A stretch of DNA of 64,000 nt. Origin: Nitrososphaerales archaeon (lineage in GTDB: Archaea; Thermoproteota; Nitrososphaeria; Nitrososphaerales; UBA213). The notes below the pieces were generated by a model, which did no database searches, was not told the origin of the DNA, and worked only from the letters and a program-made list of their open reading frames with translations. The stretch covers positions 672,001 through 736,000 of the forward strand of contig CBDAOC010000020.1 in the NCBI GenBank assembly GCA_965197925.1. The letters run 5' to 3'. This document shows positions 61,102-64,000 of this stretch, one piece after another. Position numbers and translations under genes: made by a program. How positions within the stretch are numbered: the stretch's first letter is position 1; every line of letters begins with the position of its first letter.

Positions 61102-63282
61102 ATGATGAATCCTAAGGTTGAACCTGCACTAATGAGAGTTAGTGAAGCAAAGCAAAGAGATGTAGGTAAAAAAAGAGCACGTGTTACTGACGAAATTATG
61201 GGTTCGCTACGTATAGCTCCTGGTGAGGTTATAGAAGTTTGTGGTAAGAATTGTACCGGGGTTACTGCTTGGCCTGCAGACGAAGATAATATGGATAAGA
61301 ATGTTATTCGAATAGATGGTCAAACTAGGAAGAATGCAGGCGTTGGACTGAATGATTTGGTCAAAGTAAGAAAAATAATTATTAAATCTGCAAGAGGAGT
61401 TACACTTCTCCCAATGGGTGTAAAAATTAAAGTAGATAAAGAGTTTTGCGAATTCGTTAAAAATCGGATGAAGGGAATTCCAATAGCTGAGGGGGAAGAA
61501 ATTTCTGTCGTGATACTGGGCAATTCTATGGATTTCAAGGTGCAGAAGACAGTACCAAAAGGTATAATCAGTCTTAACCCTATAACGAAATTGAATATAC
61601 TCACAGAAATGACCGTTACAAAGAAACCCACTATCACCTATGAAGAAATTGGAGGCTTGAAGGGAAAGATAGAAAAACTACGTGAAAGTGTAGAACTCCC
61701 TTTGAGACATCCAGAGGTCTTCCAGCGCCTCGGAATAGAACCACATAAGGGTATTATGCTTTACGGGCCTCCAGGTTGTGGCAAAACATTAATTGCGAAA
61801 GCGCTTGCAGGTGAATCGGAAGCAAACTTTTTCTCTATAAATGGTCCCGAGATCATGAATAAATACTATGGCGAAACGGAAGCTAGGTTAAGGGAAATAT
61901 TTAGAGAAGCGAGGGAAAATTCTCCTAGTATAGTATTCATCGACGAAATAGATGCAATAGCACCGAAACGTGAGGAAGCTTTTGGTGACGTGGAGAAGAG
62001 AGTAGTGGCACAGTTACTCGCTCTTATGGACGGATTATCCGACCGTGGAAATGTTACAGTTATCGGAGCAACAAACAGACCAGAAAGTGTGGACCCGGCG
62101 TTGCGGAGACCTGGAAGATTTGACAGAGAATTAGAGATTGGGGTTCCAAATATCGAAGAAAGAATAGAGGTATTGCAAATACATACAAGAGGGATGCCAT
62201 TGTCAGATGATATAAACATGAAGAAACTTGCCGGCGAATTACATGGATATACTGGTGCTGATATCAAGGCGCTTTGCAGGGAAGCTGCTATGAAGGCTAT
62301 GAAACGCTACTTGCCAGAAATAGATTTTGAGAGTGACACTATACCTCCTGAAGTTCTTGAAAATATAATGATAAACAACAGGGACTTTTACGAAGGAATG
62401 AAAGAGGTGGTTCCAACTGCTTTGAGGGAGTTTTATGTTGAAACCCCTAAAGTAAAATGGAGTAATGTTGGAGGTTTGTATGAAGTAAAGAGATCACTTC
62501 ATGATAATCTCATTACCACAATAAAGGACCCAGAAAGATTCCAGAATTTGGGAATATCTCCACCAAGGGGTGCTCTTCTTTATGGTCCTCCTGGTTGTGG
62601 CAAAACATTACTTACTTGGGCTCTTGCTACTGAAAGTGGGGCAAACATGATCATGGTAAAAGGGCCAGAAGTGCTGTCAAAATGGGTTGGCGAATCGGAG
62701 AAAGCCATTAGAGAAATATTTAGAAAAGCTAGAGCATCATCCCCATGTATAATAATTTTTGATGAACTTGATTCGATAGCTAGGCCTAGAGGTTCTTCTG
62801 GTGAGGACTCTGCTGTAGGTGAGAGAGTACTTAGCCAGCTGATCACTGAGATGGAGGACATTGGACCAACGGGGATTATAGTTATAGGAATAACAAATAG
62901 GCCTGACCTTCTAGATACTTCACTGCTTAGACCCGGTCGATTGGATTTAATAACATACATACATTCCCCTGATGAAGAGTCAAGATTGGAAATTCTGAAA
63001 ATAATCACGAGGAAAATGCCACTTGGAAAGGATGTGAAGGTAGAGGAGCTTGCCAAGATAACTACCGCGAACAGTGGTGCTGATCTTGTAGGAATCTGTA
63101 GGGAGGCAGCAATAAATGCAATAAGTGAAAAGAGGAGCGAGATAACTTGGTTAGATTTCGAGAAAGCATTGAAGAGGGTGAAACCTTCTATAACATCAGA
63201 CGTGGAAGAATGGTATGATTCAATAAGTAAAAATATTACATATGCGATGCCGAAGCCTATTGATAAATCATTCTACGGATGA
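61102..63282 (+). CDS. cdc48: CDC48/VAT AAA+ ATPase
   Basis: N-domain plus two AAA modules ([22 protein letters not shown]). Confidence 0.96.
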   Translation: MMNPKVEPALMRVSEAKQRDVGKKRARVTDEIMGSLRIAPGEVIEVCGKNCTGVTAWPADEDNMDKNVIRIDGQTRKNAGVGLNDLVKVRKIIIKSARGVTLLPMGVKIKVDKEFCEFVKNRMKGIPIAEGEEISVVILGNSMDFKVQKTVPKGIISLNPITKLNILTEMTVTKKPTITYEEIGGLKGKIEKLRESVELPLRHPEVFQRLGIEPHKGIMLYGPPGCGKTLIAKALAGESEANFFSINGPEIMNKYYGETEARLREIFREARENSPSIVFIDEIDAIAPKREEAFGDVEKRVVAQLLALMDGLSDRGNVTVIGATNRPESVDPALRRPGRFDRELEIGVPNIEERIEVLQIHTRGMPLSDDINMKKLAGELHGYTGADIKALCREAAMKAMKRYLPEIDFESDTIPPEVLENIMINNRDFYEGMKEVVPTALREFYVETPKVKWSNVGGLYEVKRSLHDNLITTIKDPERFQNLGISPPRGALLYGPPGCGKTLLTWALATESGANMIMVKGPEVLSKWVGESEKAIREIFRKARASSPCIIIFDELDSIARPRGSSGEDSAVGERVLSQLITEMEDIGPTGIIVIGITNRPDLLDTSLLRPGRLDLITYIHSPDEESRLEILKIITRKMPLGKDVKVEELAKITTANSGADLVGICREAAINAISEKRSEITWLDFEKALKRVKPSITSDVEEWYDSISKNITYAMPKPIDKSFYG

Positions 63283-63288
63283 AGAATC

Positions 63289-63507
63289 ATGAACTACCCA
63301 TTAAGAAATCTAATTTATGAAAAGATAAAGCAACAAGGGAACATCACTGACGTGGATCTCATGAATCAACTTACAAAAGAAGATGTTAGTATTACAGAAC
63401 ACAAGTTCAATAAAACACTTTTAGACTTGGAGATTTACGGACTGATTAGGGTAGGATGGATAACAAAAAACAAAAGAAGGATCGAAGACGCTAAAGAGGC
63501 AGAATAA
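63289..63507 (+). CDS. Small winged-helix-like hypothetical protein
   Basis: 72-aa ORF coupled to cdc48; LLDLEIYGLIRV. Confidence 0.75.
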   Translation: MNYPLRNLIYEKIKQQGNITDVDLMNQLTKEDVSITEHKFNKTLLDLEIYGLIRVGWITKNKRRIEDAKEAE

Positions 63508-64000
63508 CATCTAACATCAATGCTATGAATATTATAGCTAAATATGGACTTGATACCTTATATGCTTTCCATGCAATTTCCTTACTAGGATTTTTGATTA
63601 GTTTAATGCTATATGCTAGCATTATAAGCCCAGATGTTGATGCGACTATTAAATAAAATAATCCTAGACCGAAAAAGTACAACATAATTGAATATGAAAT
63701 AAGCACCAATGTGTTTACCAAAACATATTTTGCGGCAGCAATATCACCAACAAGTACCGGTAGCATTGGTATTTTTGCAGCTACATACTCTTCCTTACTT
63801 TTGATGGCTAAACACCAAAAATGACTCGGGGTCCATAGAAATACCAATAGACCTACCAAGAATCCCAAAAGGTCCAGCGTTCCGGTAGCTGCTACCCACC
63901 CAGCATATGAAGCACAGCTGCCGGCAAATCCTCCTACCACAATATTAGAGGCATTGTTCCTCTTTAGCCATGCCGTATATACTATCACGTAAAAGAAGAT
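63491..64000 (-). CDS. ctaB: Protoheme IX farnesyltransferase (3' part; start outside the window)
   Basis: YTAWLKR..NIVVGG.AG, WTPSHFW.LA and EY..AKIPMLP. Confidence 0.92.
   Translation of the reverse strand: MFFYVIVYTAWLKRNNASNIVVGGFAGSCASYAGWVAATGTLDLLGFLVGLLVFLWTPSHFWCLAIKSKEEYVAAKIPMLPVLVGDIAAAKYVLVNTLVLISYSIMLYFFGLGLFYLIVASTSGLIMLAYSIKLIKNPSKEIAWKAYKVSSPYLAIIFIALMLDVILPL

Overview
Archaeal chromosome segment, most consistent with Nitrososphaeria (Thaumarchaeota): archaeal 16S-23S operon with no spacer tRNA or 5S, F420 genes cofD/cofC, a PEF-CTERM surface protein, Nop5/fibrillarin, RpoE'/Spt4 and CDC48. Intact housekeeping blocks (about 0-13.8, 22.8-31.6, 45.9-55.8 and 59.4-64 kb) alternate with decaying accessory zones. 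These zones hold at least 10 defective IS copies from three families, a nested 140-bp MITE and many pseudogenes. Non-coding RNAs missed by the ORF track are RNase P RNA, a tRNA-Arg(UCG) with a D-loop intron, and a candidate C/D-box sRNA whose guide pairs with the 16S 530 loop. The oddest structure is an exact 37-bp repeat / 36-bp unique insert / 37-bp repeat inside one IS copy. I found no CRISPR array, cas gene, integrase, reverse transcriptase or clearly new multi-gene system. All product calls come from motif recognition by eye, not database searches.
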